Below are positions 37,541 through 46,903 of a stretch of 64,000 nt of DNA, one piece after another. The position numbers were made by a program, and so were the translations under genes. The notes below the pieces were generated by a model, which did no database searches, was not told where the DNA came from, and saw nothing but the letters and a program-made list of their open reading frames with translations. Source of the DNA: Nanobdellota archaeon (GTDB lineage Archaea; Nanobdellota; Nanobdellia; Woesearchaeales; GW2011-AR4); contig JADFLA010000002.1 in assembly GCA_022564635.1 (NCBI GenBank), forward strand, positions 394-64,393, written 5' to 3'. Numbering within the stretch: position 1 is the first letter of the stretch; every line of letters starts with the position of its first letter.

Positions 37541-37655
37541 CGTTCCCTCACACCAGTGTATTGGGGTGTGTCTATGACACCCCCCCCCGAGACTACTTGA
37601 GATGATGCAGTCTCGGGGCATCGAAGATGCCCCTATACACTGTTTTACGGGAACG
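37541..37655. ncRNA. GC-rich multi-stem structured RNA candidate of unknown class
   Basis: Nested complementarity: CGTTCCC/GGGAACG, CAGTGTAT/ATACACTG, GGGGTGT/ACACCCC, CCGAGACT/AGTCTCGG, GGGGCATC/GATGCCCC; strand not resolved (the plus reading gives a GAUGAUG K-loop-like apex). Confidence 0.45.
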
Positions 37656-37664
37656 TAAAATTTT

Positions 37665-37678
37665 AGAAATTTATATAA
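37665..37678 (+). promoter_or_regulatory. TATA promoter for rps8e
   Basis: agaaatttatataa ~26 nt before ATG 37702. Confidence 0.5.
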
Positions 37679-37701
37679 ACCAACTCTATATTCTACTAAA
37701 T

Positions 37702-38082
37702 ATGGCAATTTCACAATTAAGGTCCTTAAAAAAACCATCTGGCGGAAAGTATAAGCAGCAAGGAAGGAAGAAAAAAGCATATGAGCTCGGTAGGGAACCA
37801 GCTTTAACAAAGCTTGAAAAAAAAAGGTCCAAATATGTCAGGACAAAAGGAAACCATAGAAAAGTAAGATTATTAAGCACTGACACCGCAAATTTATTTA
37901 ATCCAAAAGATAAAAAGTACGAGCAAGTAAAAATAAAAACAATAGTAGATAATCCAGCTAACAGACATTTTGTAAGAAGAAACATAATGACAAAAGGCAC
38001 AGTAATAGAGACAGAAAAGGGCAAGGCTAGAATAACATCTAGGCCTGGTCAAGATGGGGCTGTTAATGCTGTTTTGATTTAA
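37702..38082 (+). CDS. rps8e: ribosomal protein eS8
   Basis: [18 protein letters not shown]...GREPALTKL...KVRLL; start moved from 37627 to ATG 37702 (eS8 N-terminus, leaderless geometry). Confidence 0.85.
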   Translation: MAISQLRSLKKPSGGKYKQQGRKKKAYELGREPALTKLEKKRSKYVRTKGNHRKVRLLSTDTANLFNPKDKKYEQVKIKTIVDNPANRHFVRRNIMTKGTVIETEKGKARITSRPGQDGAVNAVLI

Positions 38083-38158
38083 TAATAATTAATCAGAAGT
38101 TTATAAATCAGAGGATGTTTACAAATTTTATAAAAATCTTAAGCAAGGTTCAAGAACA

Positions 38159-38923
38159 ATGCTACTACAACCATACTTAAAAGCAGCTTCGAAATCTCCA
38201 TTGTGGGTAGCTGATCACTATGAGCCAAAACAAGATCCAGTTTCCCTTGTTTGCTCTAACCAGCTAATGTTAGAAATTTTTGTTCCCTTAAGCAGACATA
38301 CAGTCTTTTATCAGCCCACTAAGGATCAACAATTAATAGCAAGTATTAGACAAGATTTATCGGAAAGGGAAGATGTAATTATTGATTATGGAAAATTAGG
38401 AAGAGATAAACTTTCAAATTTAAGCTTTGCCACAGGATCCGTTCTTGAACCTCCATTTGAGCCAGGTACTTTTGACAATGTATACTTTGATTTAGGAGAG
38501 ATGGGAACTAGAAATTCTAGAGGATTTGGTTGGAGAGAACCTTGGCAAAATAGTTTAATTGCTTTAGCAGAATATGTTGAAAAGTTGAAATCTGGTGGAC
38601 ATTTATTTTCTAGAGTACCAATTGCAAGTGCTGCAGCTGCAGATTATGTAACTGATGTAGTTAGTAGACTTGTAGAACAATATGCTGGTTCCGAAGTTGA
38701 ACAAAAGGAAGTTCTAAAAAGTGAATATAAAGGTGATTTTGTTTACGACTTAATGATTAAAGTAAGGAAAAAAACACATATTGATGCAAAGGCTATTAGA
38801 GAACGTACAAAACAAGAAGACTTCGAACTGGATATGCCTGAGTTTCCCATCGGTGTTCCTGATCTTTCTACAAATACTGTTTTAGTAACAACCGACGCAG
38901 ATCTAGAAGCACGTTTAAACTAG
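38159..38923 (+). CDS. orphan protein (254 aa)
   Basis: Intact ORF with balanced composition; TATA-like agaagtttataaatc upstream; no motif recognised. Confidence 0.55.
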   Translation: MLLQPYLKAASKSPLWVADHYEPKQDPVSLVCSNQLMLEIFVPLSRHTVFYQPTKDQQLIASIRQDLSEREDVIIDYGKLGRDKLSNLSFATGSVLEPPFEPGTFDNVYFDLGEMGTRNSRGFGWREPWQNSLIALAEYVEKLKSGGHLFSRVPIASAAAADYVTDVVSRLVEQYAGSEVEQKEVLKSEYKGDFVYDLMIKVRKKTHIDAKAIRERTKQEDFELDMPEFPIGVPDLSTNTVLVTTDADLEARLN

Positions 38924-38960
38924 CTAAGTACTTAATCGAAGCCCAAAATTCTCATCAATC

Positions 38961-39209
38961 TTATTGCTCATCTTTATGATACAAATCCAGGAAAACTATT
39001 TTATTATTGCCTTTTAGATAAGCATAAGAAATCCTGAATGGCCGTATGTGCAATTCCCTCGTACCCTTTCTTGAATACCTCATAGGTTTTCCAATTTCAG
39101 GAAATTCAATAATCTTGGCTATTTGTTTTTTGATTTTTTCCTTTAAAGCATTATTCTTTATCTTCTCAATTTTCTTTAAGAATTCAGGACTATGATTTAT
39201 GTCTAGCAT
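38961..39209 (-). CDS. relE: RelE/ParE-family toxin
   Basis: 82 aa; ...IGKPMRYSRKGTRELHIRPFRISYAYLKGNNKIVFLDLYHKDEQ typical RelE/StbE C-terminus; overlaps the upstream antitoxin by 7 nt. Confidence 0.75.
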   Translation of the reverse strand: MLDINHSPEFLKKIEKIKNNALKEKIKKQIAKIIEFPEIGKPMRYSRKGTRELHIRPFRISYAYLKGNNKIVFLDLYHKDEQ

Positions 39210-39478
39210 TTGGATAATTTTTTAAGGAATTTGTCCATAGGCATTGAAATAAATTCTCCCTTTTCATATCTTTTCCATGCTTCTTCTGTCCTTCTGGCAA
39301 ATTCAAGATCTTCTTCTAAATTTTCACTGAGTTTACTGGCTTTTTTCATAATTAACTTATCATCATCTTGGATTATAAGTAATTTATCCCCTACATGCAA
39401 TCCTTTTCTCATTTCTTTAGGTATAACTACTTGACCTTTCGAACTCATTTTCGTTATAGCAACATCCATATTTATCAC
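39203..39478 (-). CDS. AbrB/MazE-type antitoxin
   Basis: SSKGQVVIPKEMRKGLHVGDKLLI swapped-hairpin signature; promoter aaaacgaaaagtttatata at ~39503-39523. Confidence 0.7.
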   Translation of the reverse strand: MINMDVAITKMSSKGQVVIPKEMRKGLHVGDKLLIIQDDDKLIMKKASKLSENLEEDLEFARRTEEAWKRYEKGEFISMPMDKFLKKLSKC

Positions 39479-39536
39479 AAAGTAAGATTAGTCTTACCTA
39501 ATATATAAACTTTTCGTTTTATGTCAATAAGAATTA

Positions 39537-39941
39537 TTACAAGCCTAAACTCTCATCAATATCTTCTGCCATGCTTCTTAAATCCTCGCAAGTCCTTCTC
39601 AGATCCTTTTCAACCTCGTCTATTAACTCTCTTAAGTTATCAACCCTTAAGATATAGCCTCTAGGCGCTTGTACCACAATACCAGATTCAAGTAATTTAT
39701 GGATATGATGCACAACAGTTCCTCTACTTAAACCTAACCTATAAGCCAACTCATCGCTAGACAAAGGTATTCCTCTTTTTGCTGTCTTAACCAGCTCTAT
39801 AAAAACTCTAAAGCAACTTTTGTCCTTATCCCTTAAATTAAACAATCCTAAAGAACTGCCTAACCATTGCAGTTCCTGATTTACATTCTTTTGCACAGGC
39901 TTTCTGATGTTCATTATTGTTATTCGGTGTATGTATCTCAT
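39537..39941 (-). CDS. ArsR-like winged-helix transcriptional regulator
   Basis: LSSDELAYRLGLSRGTVVHHIHKLLESGIVV HTH segment. Confidence 0.6.
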   Translation of the reverse strand: MRYIHRITIMNIRKPVQKNVNQELQWLGSSLGLFNLRDKDKSCFRVFIELVKTAKRGIPLSSDELAYRLGLSRGTVVHHIHKLLESGIVVQAPRGYILRVDNLRELIDEVEKDLRRTCEDLRSMAEDIDESLGL

Positions 39942-39967
39942 ATTATCTTTATTAAAAAATTATTTAT

Positions 39968-40804
39968 TTAATGAAATTTAAAGTTGTATTTCTTCAAAAC
40001 CTTTGAAACAGTAGTAGCAGTACGTAATGTTCTTCTGGCAGTTTCCGCCTTATTTCCAGTTTCTGCAAAAACTGATAATATTTCACCTTCATCTTGCTCT
40101 ACAGGAAAAATAGGGCCATTAATATGTCCATGCCTTTCCCAACACAAGACATACCTTTCAACAGTTTCAACTCTATGATTCATTCTCGTTGCAATTATAC
40201 GAATTAACCTTCTTTTTTCTTGGAATTCGATTGGTTTTTCATAATTACGAATCAATTGTGAATAATCATCAATTATCCTTTGACTTTCATCATATGAAAG
40301 ATATCCTATATGAGCCTGTCGACTTCCATCAAATCTTAGTCTCGCACCACTACGCGGCAATGGCTCCCGACCATGCTCCCTCAATTTTTGAGTTAAACTA
40401 TGGTGTTGGTAATTCGTTCTTCTCATAACTTCTGAAACATTTCCACCTGCTTCTTCATGAATTGATAATATAGTAGTTAAGTTCCATTCTAAACCCAATC
40501 CATATTTAATTTCACTTGTGGTTAATCTTGGCAAGGATAAATCATCAAAAATATTCCTTAAGGATATTTGAGCAATACCAAGTTCCTTTGCTAATTTGGT
40601 AGTGCCCCTATACCCTAGTTGATTTGATAAAAACAAGTAATCTATTAGTGTAAGTCCTGTATCTTTTACAGATCGATAATACTCTTTATTTTCATCTTTT
40701 GTGTATTTCCTAAGATTTTCTATTACTTTTGTGTGTACTTTACTTTCTAAACAATATATGTCATAACCAAGGAAATTTACAAGCATATCTTCAGCAACTC
40801 TCAT
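39968..40804 (-). CDS. orphan multi-HTH protein (278 aa)
   Basis: Three HTH-like units (TTKLAKELGIAQISLRNIFDDLSLPRL; NVSEVMRRTNYQHHSLTQKLREHG; NKAETARRTLRTATTVSKVLKKY); same style as 6555-8207. Confidence 0.55.
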   Translation of the reverse strand: MRVAEDMLVNFLGYDIYCLESKVHTKVIENLRKYTKDENKEYYRSVKDTGLTLIDYLFLSNQLGYRGTTKLAKELGIAQISLRNIFDDLSLPRLTTSEIKYGLGLEWNLTTILSIHEEAGGNVSEVMRRTNYQHHSLTQKLREHGREPLPRSGARLRFDGSRQAHIGYLSYDESQRIIDDYSQLIRNYEKPIEFQEKRRLIRIIATRMNHRVETVERYVLCWERHGHINGPIFPVEQDEGEILSVFAETGNKAETARRTLRTATTVSKVLKKYNFKFH

Positions 40805-40865
40805 GTTTAACCAAGTTAAAAACCTTGCTTTATTTAAATCTTTTGCTCATTTATATACTAAAACA

Positions 40866-40881
40866 TAGAAAAGTTTATATA
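40866..40881 (+). promoter_or_regulatory. BRE/TATA promoter driving the small hairpin/micro-ORF unit
   Basis: tagaaaagtttatata; back-to-back with the minus-strand promoter gcaaaagatttaaata (40831-40846) of 39968-40804. Confidence 0.45.
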
Positions 40882-40937
40882 CTAGTTGATATTACCATAG
40901 TTTCGTTGATTTAAAGTCAACAGAAAATAATAAAACC

Positions 40938-40973
40938 AGGAGGCAGCGGAAAATCGAGATTTTCTGGCCTCCT
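40938..40973 (+). other. long imperfect hairpin in the leader of the micro-ORF
   Basis: AGGAGGC..CGGAAAATC-ga-GATTTTCTG.GCCTCCT; its 3' arm CCTCC can alternatively pair with the GGAGG SD at 40984-40988. Confidence 0.45.
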
Positions 40974-40995
40974 CGTAAAACTCGGAGGTACTAAA

Positions 40996-41028
40996 ATGAA
41001 AGGCGGAGAAGGTTGTAACATCTGTTAA
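40996..41028 (+). CDS. candidate 10-codon micro-ORF (MKGGEGCNIC) with a strong SD
   Basis: GGAGGT 6 nt upstream of the ATG; a second copy at the window end reads (M)KGGEGCGSC with a synonymous Cys codon change; followed by an oligo-T tract. Confidence 0.25.
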   Translation: MKGGEGCNIC

Positions 41029-41111
41029 TTCAGCTTAATAATTAAAATTTTATTTTTTTATTTTTTAATTATTACATTTATTTAATGGAAATTCATTATC
41101 GAAAATAAAAA

Positions 41112-41633
41112 ATGACAAAAGAAGAAAAAAAACAGAATAAAGAAAAAAAGTCCGAAGAAAAATCAAAGGACAAAAAACCAACAGAAAAGGAGGTTATTGC
41201 AGAACTAACAGAAACTCTACAAAGAACTCAAGCAGAGTTTGAAAACTATAAAAAAAGAGTTGACAAAGAAAAACAAGAGTTTGTAAAATATGCAAAAGCA
41301 GAATTAATACAAAAATTATTGCCAACAATAGATACTTTTGAAATCGCATTAAAATCCACTAAAGACAACGAAAAATTCGTAAAAGGCATGGATATGGTTT
41401 ATGCACAATTAATGTCACTTTTACATACAGAAGGCCTAAAACCGATAGAAGCTTTTGGAAAAAAGTTTGATCCCTATCTTCATGAAGTTATGCTGAAAGA
41501 AAAATCAGATAAAGATGAAGGTATTGTTTTGGAGGAGCTGCAAAAAGGTTACATGCTCAATGATAAAGTTTTGAGGCATAGTAAAGTCAAAGTTAGTGAA
41601 AAGGACAATAAAAAAGAATCCAATAAAAAATAA
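41112..41633 (+). CDS. grpE: nucleotide exchange factor GrpE
   Basis: LQRTQAEFENYKKR and C-terminal FDPYLHEV...GY....VLRHSKV motifs. Confidence 0.9.
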   Translation: MTKEEKKQNKEKKSEEKSKDKKPTEKEVIAELTETLQRTQAEFENYKKRVDKEKQEFVKYAKAELIQKLLPTIDTFEIALKSTKDNEKFVKGMDMVYAQLMSLLHTEGLKPIEAFGKKFDPYLHEVMLKEKSDKDEGIVLEELQKGYMLNDKVLRHSKVKVSEKDNKKESNKK

Positions 41634-41790
41634 ACAATAACAAATGACGCAAAACTGATCAATTATAAAAAATAATTCAATAAACAAATAAAAGGTTATA
41701 ATCATTAAAAAATAATAATTATCAATAATTTAATAATAAAATAAATTAAAATTTTGAATAAAATAATTATTGTACAAAAAAGGTGTTTAA

Positions 41791-42318
41791 TTGGAAAAAA
41801 AGAGATTAGCAAAAAATACTCCAGTAAATGAGGTTTTGAAGCTAACCAATCCATGCAAATGCGAAGCATGCACTGTAGGATGTAGGCATGGTAGTGGTTT
41901 TTTAGTTGAAGAAGACATTCCAAGGATTGCAAAATTCATGAACATTTCAGAGGAAGTTTTGAAAAAAGAGTTTTTGGAAGAAGTTGAGAAATTCAACACA
42001 AAGCGTTTTAGACCAAGAATATTAAGAAAAGACAAACCTTATGGAAAATGCATCTTTTTCGATGAAGAGATTGGATGCAAGGTCCATGAAGTAAAACCAT
42101 TGGAATGCAAAATTTCGATGGGATGTAAAGATTATGGTGAACAATTAAGCTTGTGGTTCATGCTCAATCATTTTGTAAACAAGGATGATGCAGAAAGCAT
42201 AAGGCAATTTGCATCTTACCTAAAAACCGATGGTAAAACACTGGAAGGATCTGAATTAAAAGATTTAGTTCCTGACAAAGAAAAGTTAAAGAAAATATTG
42301 AAATTTGAAATATTATAA
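41791..42318 (+). CDS. YkgJ-type cysteine-cluster (zinc/iron-chelating) protein
   Basis: CKCEACTVGC cluster plus later CIFF..GCKVHEVKPLEC; TTG start preceded by AGGTG. Confidence 0.5.
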   Translation: MEKKRLAKNTPVNEVLKLTNPCKCEACTVGCRHGSGFLVEEDIPRIAKFMNISEEVLKKEFLEEVEKFNTKRFRPRILRKDKPYGKCIFFDEEIGCKVHEVKPLECKISMGCKDYGEQLSLWFMLNHFVNKDDAESIRQFASYLKTDGKTLEGSELKDLVPDKEKLKKILKFEIL

Positions 42319-42434
42319 TTATAAAAATAAATATTAGAAAATAAAAACAACTGATTAAAAAATAATAATATTAAAAATTGAAATTAAAAATTAATGAAAA
42401 ATAAAATATTAAAACTAGTGCGGGTGAACAAAAA

Positions 42435-44339
42435 ATGGCTGAAAAAACAAAAACAAAGAAAGAAAAGATAATTGGAATAGATTTAGGTACAAGTAATAGT
42501 GCTGCTTCTGTACTGCAAGCAGGCAAACCAACAATAATTCCTAGTGCAGAAGGTACAACTGCTTATGGAAAAGCATTTCCAAGTGTAGTTGCATTTACAA
42601 AAGATGGACAAATGTTGGTAGGAGAACCAGCTCGTAGACAAGCTGTCTCAAACCCACAAGGAACAATCCTTGCTGCAAAAAGAAAGATGGGAACAAAATT
42701 TGAGTATCAAATTAATGGAAAAAAATATACTCCACAACAAATCTCAGCATTTATTCTGCAAAAAATAAAGAAGGATGCAGAAGAGTTTATAGGAGAACCA
42801 ATAAAGAAAGCAGTCATAACAGTACCTGCTTATTTTGATGATAATCAAAGGCAAGCAACAAAAGATGCTGGAACTATAGCAGGATTAGAGGTTGTAAGAT
42901 TGGTAAATGAGCCAACAGCTGCTTCCATGGCTTATGGCCTTGATAAAATGGACAGGGAAATAAAAATTCTTGTTTTTGATTTTGGTGGCGGAACTCTAGA
43001 TGTCACAATAATGGATTTATCTGAAGGAGTCTTTGAAGTCAAAGCCACCAGTGGAGATACCCAACTGGGTGGAACAGACATGGATGAAGCCTTGATGAAT
43101 TTTATAATTGAGGATTTCAAGAAAAAAGAAGGCATTGACTTAGGTGAAGATGATACAGCTATGCAGCGTTTAAGGGAAGCTGCAGAAAAGGCTAAGATAG
43201 AGTTGTCTACGACAATGGAAACAGAAATTAATGTACCTTTCATTACTTCTCAAAATGATAGTCCAAAACATTTGACTATGAAGCTGGCTAGATCCAAATT
43301 AGAGCAGCTAGTGGAACCAATTATTCAGAAATGTAAGCATCCAATGGAACAAGCTATGAAAGATTCTAAATTAACAGTTAATGAAATTAACAAAATAATC
43401 CTAGTTGGTGGTCCAACAAGAATGCCTATTGTAAGAAAGTTTGTAGAAGATATTGTTGGAAAGAAAGCAGAGCGTGGAGTAGATCCAATGGAGTGTGTTG
43501 CACAAGGTGCAGCTATACAAGCAGGAGTCTTAGCTGGAGAAGTTAAAGACATCCTATTGCTTGATGTAACCCCATTAACTTTAGGAATAGAAACTCTAGG
43601 TGGTGTTTTCACAAATCTAATAGAAAGAAACACAACTATCCCAAGTAAGAAAAGCCAAATTTTTTCGACAGCCGCAGATAATCAACCAGCTGTTACTATT
43701 AGGGTTGGCCAGGGCGAAAGACCGATGTTTAATGACAACAAAGCTCTTGGTCAATTTGATCTGGTTGGAATACCTCCAACTCCTAGAGGAATTCCACAGA
43801 TAGAGGTTACCTTTGATATAGATGCAAACGGTATACTGCATGTAACTGCAAAGGATTTAGGTACTAAAAAGGAGCAGAGCATTAAGATTACTGCCCCGAA
43901 TAAGTTAAGTGATGAGGAAGTTGAAAAGATGAAAAAAGAAGCAGAGACTCACGCAGAAGAAGACAAGAAAAGAAAAGAAGAAGTTGAGACAATAAATCAA
44001 GCTGATAGTTTAGTTTACTCAACTGAAAAACTTTCCAAAGAGTTTAAAGGAAAAGTTGACAAGAAAGAGTTAGAGACAGTAAAAGGAAAAATCATGGAGT
44101 TAAAAGAATTACTAAAGCCGGAAAAGAAAGATGTAGCAGCAATAAAAACCAAAATGGATGAAGTCAATAAACTAGTCCAGAAAATGTCAACAGAGATGTA
44201 TCAAAAAGTTGCGCAAGAGCAAGCTAAGAAGCAACAGCAAGGTGCACAAGCAGGAGCTAAAGACAAAGGGAAAAAAGATGAAAAAGTAGTTGATGCAGAG
44301 TATAAAGTAGAGGGTGAAGATAAAAAGAAAAAGAAATAA
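42435..44339 (+). CDS. dnaK: molecular chaperone DnaK (Hsp70)
   Basis: [27 protein letters not shown] signatures; GGGTGA SD upstream. Confidence 0.95.
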   Translation: MAEKTKTKKEKIIGIDLGTSNSAASVLQAGKPTIIPSAEGTTAYGKAFPSVVAFTKDGQMLVGEPARRQAVSNPQGTILAAKRKMGTKFEYQINGKKYTPQQISAFILQKIKKDAEEFIGEPIKKAVITVPAYFDDNQRQATKDAGTIAGLEVVRLVNEPTAASMAYGLDKMDREIKILVFDFGGGTLDVTIMDLSEGVFEVKATSGDTQLGGTDMDEALMNFIIEDFKKKEGIDLGEDDTAMQRLREAAEKAKIELSTTMETEINVPFITSQNDSPKHLTMKLARSKLEQLVEPIIQKCKHPMEQAMKDSKLTVNEINKIILVGGPTRMPIVRKFVEDIVGKKAERGVDPMECVAQGAAIQAGVLAGEVKDILLLDVTPLTLGIETLGGVFTNLIERNTTIPSKKSQIFSTAADNQPAVTIRVGQGERPMFNDNKALGQFDLVGIPPTPRGIPQIEVTFDIDANGILHVTAKDLGTKKEQSIKITAPNKLSDEEVEKMKKEAETHAEEDKKRKEEVETINQADSLVYSTEKLSKEFKGKVDKKELETVKGKIMELKELLKPEKKDVAAIKTKMDEVNKLVQKMSTEMYQKVAQEQAKKQQQGAQAGAKDKGKKDEKVVDAEYKVEGEDKKKKK

Positions 44340-44411
44340 TTTTTTTATTATTAATTTTATTTTTATTATTTTTAATAATTTAATATTTATTTTTATTTAA
44401 TTGAAATGTAA

Positions 44412-44894
44412 ATGACTAATGAAAAAATCCCTTCAAGAGAGGAATGTCTAGACATCTTAAATAAAAATAAAACTCCTTCTAATGTGATTGAGCATAGTAA
44501 AACAGTATGCAATGTTGCTGAAGATGTGGCTGATGGACTAATTAATAAAGGTATTAAAGTTAATAAAAAATTAGTGATAGCAGCAGCTTTATTGCATGAT
44601 ATTGAAAGAGAAAAAGAAAACCATATAGCTGAGGGTACAAAATTATTAAAAAGTATGGGTCTTTCAGAAGTTTCTGAAGTAATCAAAAAACATAGCCTAT
44701 ACGGAATAGAAGATGGAAGGGTACAGCCTAAAACAGTCGAAGAAAAAATAGTTTTTTATTCTGATAAAAGAGTTAAGGGAGATAAAATTGTTAGTTTAGT
44801 AGAAAGATTCAAAGATATTGAAAAAAGATATAAAAAAGATTTTAGCAAAGAATTTGAATTTGCAAAAAAGATTGAAGAAGAATTGCTACAATAA
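44412..44894 (+). CDS. HD-domain (HDIG-type) phosphohydrolase
   Basis: H...AALLHDIERE motif; inserted between dnaK and dnaJ. Confidence 0.7.
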   Translation: MTNEKIPSREECLDILNKNKTPSNVIEHSKTVCNVAEDVADGLINKGIKVNKKLVIAAALLHDIEREKENHIAEGTKLLKSMGLSEVSEVIKKHSLYGIEDGRVQPKTVEEKIVFYSDKRVKGDKIVSLVERFKDIEKRYKKDFSKEFEFAKKIEEELLQ

Positions 44895-44997
44895 TAAAAA
44901 CTCAATTCAAAAATTACATTAAAATAAGTTTTAAAATAAAATAAAAATTGGAAAAATAATTAACAAAAAATATTGAAATAAATTTATTGTATTTAAA

Positions 44998-46104
44998 ATG
45001 GCAAAGGATTATTACAAAACATTAGGGGTAGATAAAAATGCTACAAAAGAAGAAATAAAAAAAGCCTACAAAAAACTAGCTAAAAAATATCATCCTGATT
45101 TGAATAAAAGTGAGGATTCTGATGAAAAATTTAAAGAAATAAATGAAGCTGCTGCTGTTCTTGCAGATGACGAGAAAAGAACCAAGTATGATCAATACGG
45201 AACAACTGCTAATCAATTTAAAGGTTTTGAGGGCTTTGACTTTTCTGATTTTATGTCAGATGTAGGTGGTGCTGGCTTTGATTTCGATAGTATATTCGAA
45301 GGTTTCTTTGGTGGAAGAAACCCTTTTAGAACAAGAAGGGGTCCTAGAAGAGGTGCTGATTTAAGGTATGATTTGGAAATTACTCTTAATGAAGCTGCAG
45401 AAGGTATAGCAAAGCATATTGTTATTCCTAGACTAGAGACCTGCCCAAAGTGCCACGGTTCTGGCGCTGAATCTGAGTCAGATATTGTTAATTGTCCTGA
45501 CTGCAATGGAAGTGGAATGAGGAGAAGAACACAAAGAACCCCATTTGGGATTTTCTCAACTACAACTACATGCGGTAAATGCAATGGCCAAGGAAAATAC
45601 ATAAAAAATGAATGTCAAGTTTGTGATGGTACTGGAATTGTTAAAAAAACAAGAAAGCTTGAGATTAAAGTTCCTGCAGGAGCAGAAGAAGATACAAATT
45701 TAAGAGTTTCTGGAGAAGGAGAAGCAGGTGAAAAAGGAGCAGAAACCGGTGATTTGTATGTCATAATCCATGTAAAAGAGCATGAAGTATTTGAAAGGCA
45801 TGGCGATGATATTTACCTTAAAGTTCAGATACCTTTTACAGTAGCTGCGATTGGCGGTGAAGTTGAAGTTCCCACTCTAACTGAAAAAGCTAAATTAAAA
45901 ATACCTGCTGGCACACAAAACAATACAATTTTCAGGATGAAAGACAAAGGAATTCCTTATCTCCATGGCCAGGGTAAAGGTGATGAAAACGTTGAAGTTG
46001 TTATAGAAGTTCCAGAAAGATTAAGCAAAAAACAAAAAGAAATTCTTAGGGAATATGAAAAAGAAAGCAAGAAGAAAAAAGGGATTTTTAGTAGGATATT
46101 TTGA
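44998..46104 (+). CDS. dnaJ: co-chaperone DnaJ
   Basis: J-domain DYYKTLGV...KKYHPD, G/F region, four CxxCxGxG zinc repeats. Confidence 0.95.
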   Translation: MAKDYYKTLGVDKNATKEEIKKAYKKLAKKYHPDLNKSEDSDEKFKEINEAAAVLADDEKRTKYDQYGTTANQFKGFEGFDFSDFMSDVGGAGFDFDSIFEGFFGGRNPFRTRRGPRRGADLRYDLEITLNEAAEGIAKHIVIPRLETCPKCHGSGAESESDIVNCPDCNGSGMRRRTQRTPFGIFSTTTTCGKCNGQGKYIKNECQVCDGTGIVKKTRKLEIKVPAGAEEDTNLRVSGEGEAGEKGAETGDLYVIIHVKEHEVFERHGDDIYLKVQIPFTVAAIGGEVEVPTLTEKAKLKIPAGTQNNTIFRMKDKGIPYLHGQGKGDENVEVVIEVPERLSKKQKEILREYEKESKKKKGIFSRIF

Positions 46105-46118
46105 AATTTTTATTTAAA

Positions 46119-46358
46119 CTACCCTTCAATAATCTTAGAAACCTCATCAATCTTTTCAGGATTTAAGCTAACTTGCAATCCATATGAAGTAGGCTTTGAA
46201 AGAATAAATCCTTCTTTAATCAATTCCTTAACTACATTTTTTGCCGCTCCGGCAACATGTTTTGGCAAACCTTTAGTCAAATGTTCAACAGCTGTATGCT
46301 TTCCACCAATAATTCTTCGTCTGTATAACTTTCTTAAGATAATCTTTGCCAAACCCAT
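46119..46358 (-). CDS. small hypothetical protein (79 aa)
   Basis: Intact ORF, basic N-terminus; no motif recognised. Confidence 0.4.
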   Translation of the reverse strand: MGLAKIILRKLYRRRIIGGKHTAVEHLTKGLPKHVAGAAKNVVKELIKEGFILSKPTSYGLQVSLNPEKIDEVSKIIEG

Positions 46359-46460
46359 AGCAACAATTAGAATACACTAACTATTTATACTTTTATTCAC
46401 TATAATGGACATTCAAATATAGAAAAACATATAAACAAGCTAATATAATAATACATTACT

Positions 46461-46790
46461 ATGGAAGAAAAAACCTCTTTTAGAGTAGTATTTGGAGATT
46501 CTCCAATAGTCAAAGTCATAGACTTCTTTTTGGACAATAGAGAATTTGATTATAGCCTAACAGATATTGCAAAAAACGCAGATATTGGATGGAGCACATT
46601 ACATCTGTTTTGGAAAGATTTTGTGATGTTAGGAATGGTAATCAAAACAAGAAGAATCGGAAGGGCAGAACTGTACAAACTAAATATGAAGAGTCCACTA
46701 GTAAAGAAACTTATAGACCTAGATACAACTATCTCTAAAAAATTGATGCAAGAGGAAATCACAAAACAAAAATTAAAAGTTTCTGCATAG
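46461..46790 (+). CDS. winged-helix DNA-binding protein
   Basis: YSLTDIAKNADIGWSTLHLFWKDFVMLGMVIKTRRIGRAELYKLN wHTH pattern. Confidence 0.55.
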   Translation: MEEKTSFRVVFGDSPIVKVIDFFLDNREFDYSLTDIAKNADIGWSTLHLFWKDFVMLGMVIKTRRIGRAELYKLNMKSPLVKKLIDLDTTISKKLMQEEITKQKLKVSA

Positions 46791-46903
46791 TAAACAATTT
46801 CTTTAAGAATTTGAGCAAGCAAGAAAAAAGGTATTTTAGGAAGGATATTTTAAAATTTCTTCTAATAAAAAATTAAAATTATTTATAGTTAGTCTTTTAT
46901 ATA

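Noticed and set aside
37520-37810. 96-aa minus-strand ORF, and the 25-codon 5' extension of eS8 (37627-37701)
   Set aside because: Both run through the GC-rich structured element and the eS8 TATA box. The eS8 family N-terminus and leaderless geometry fit ATG 37702.
40984-40989. RNA-thermometer reading of the SD upstream of the micro-ORF (SD masked by CCTCC at 40968-40972)
   Set aside because: It is kept only as a possibility within the finding. The competing 16-bp upstream hairpin would normally hold the CCTCC arm and leave the SD free, so simple temperature-melting control is not supported by the sequence alone.
41505-42035. Three minus-strand ORFs (66-82 aa) around the grpE 3' end and the YkgJ-like gene
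   Set aside because: They are antisense to well-supported genes or lie in A/T-rich spacer, and their translations are low-complexity.
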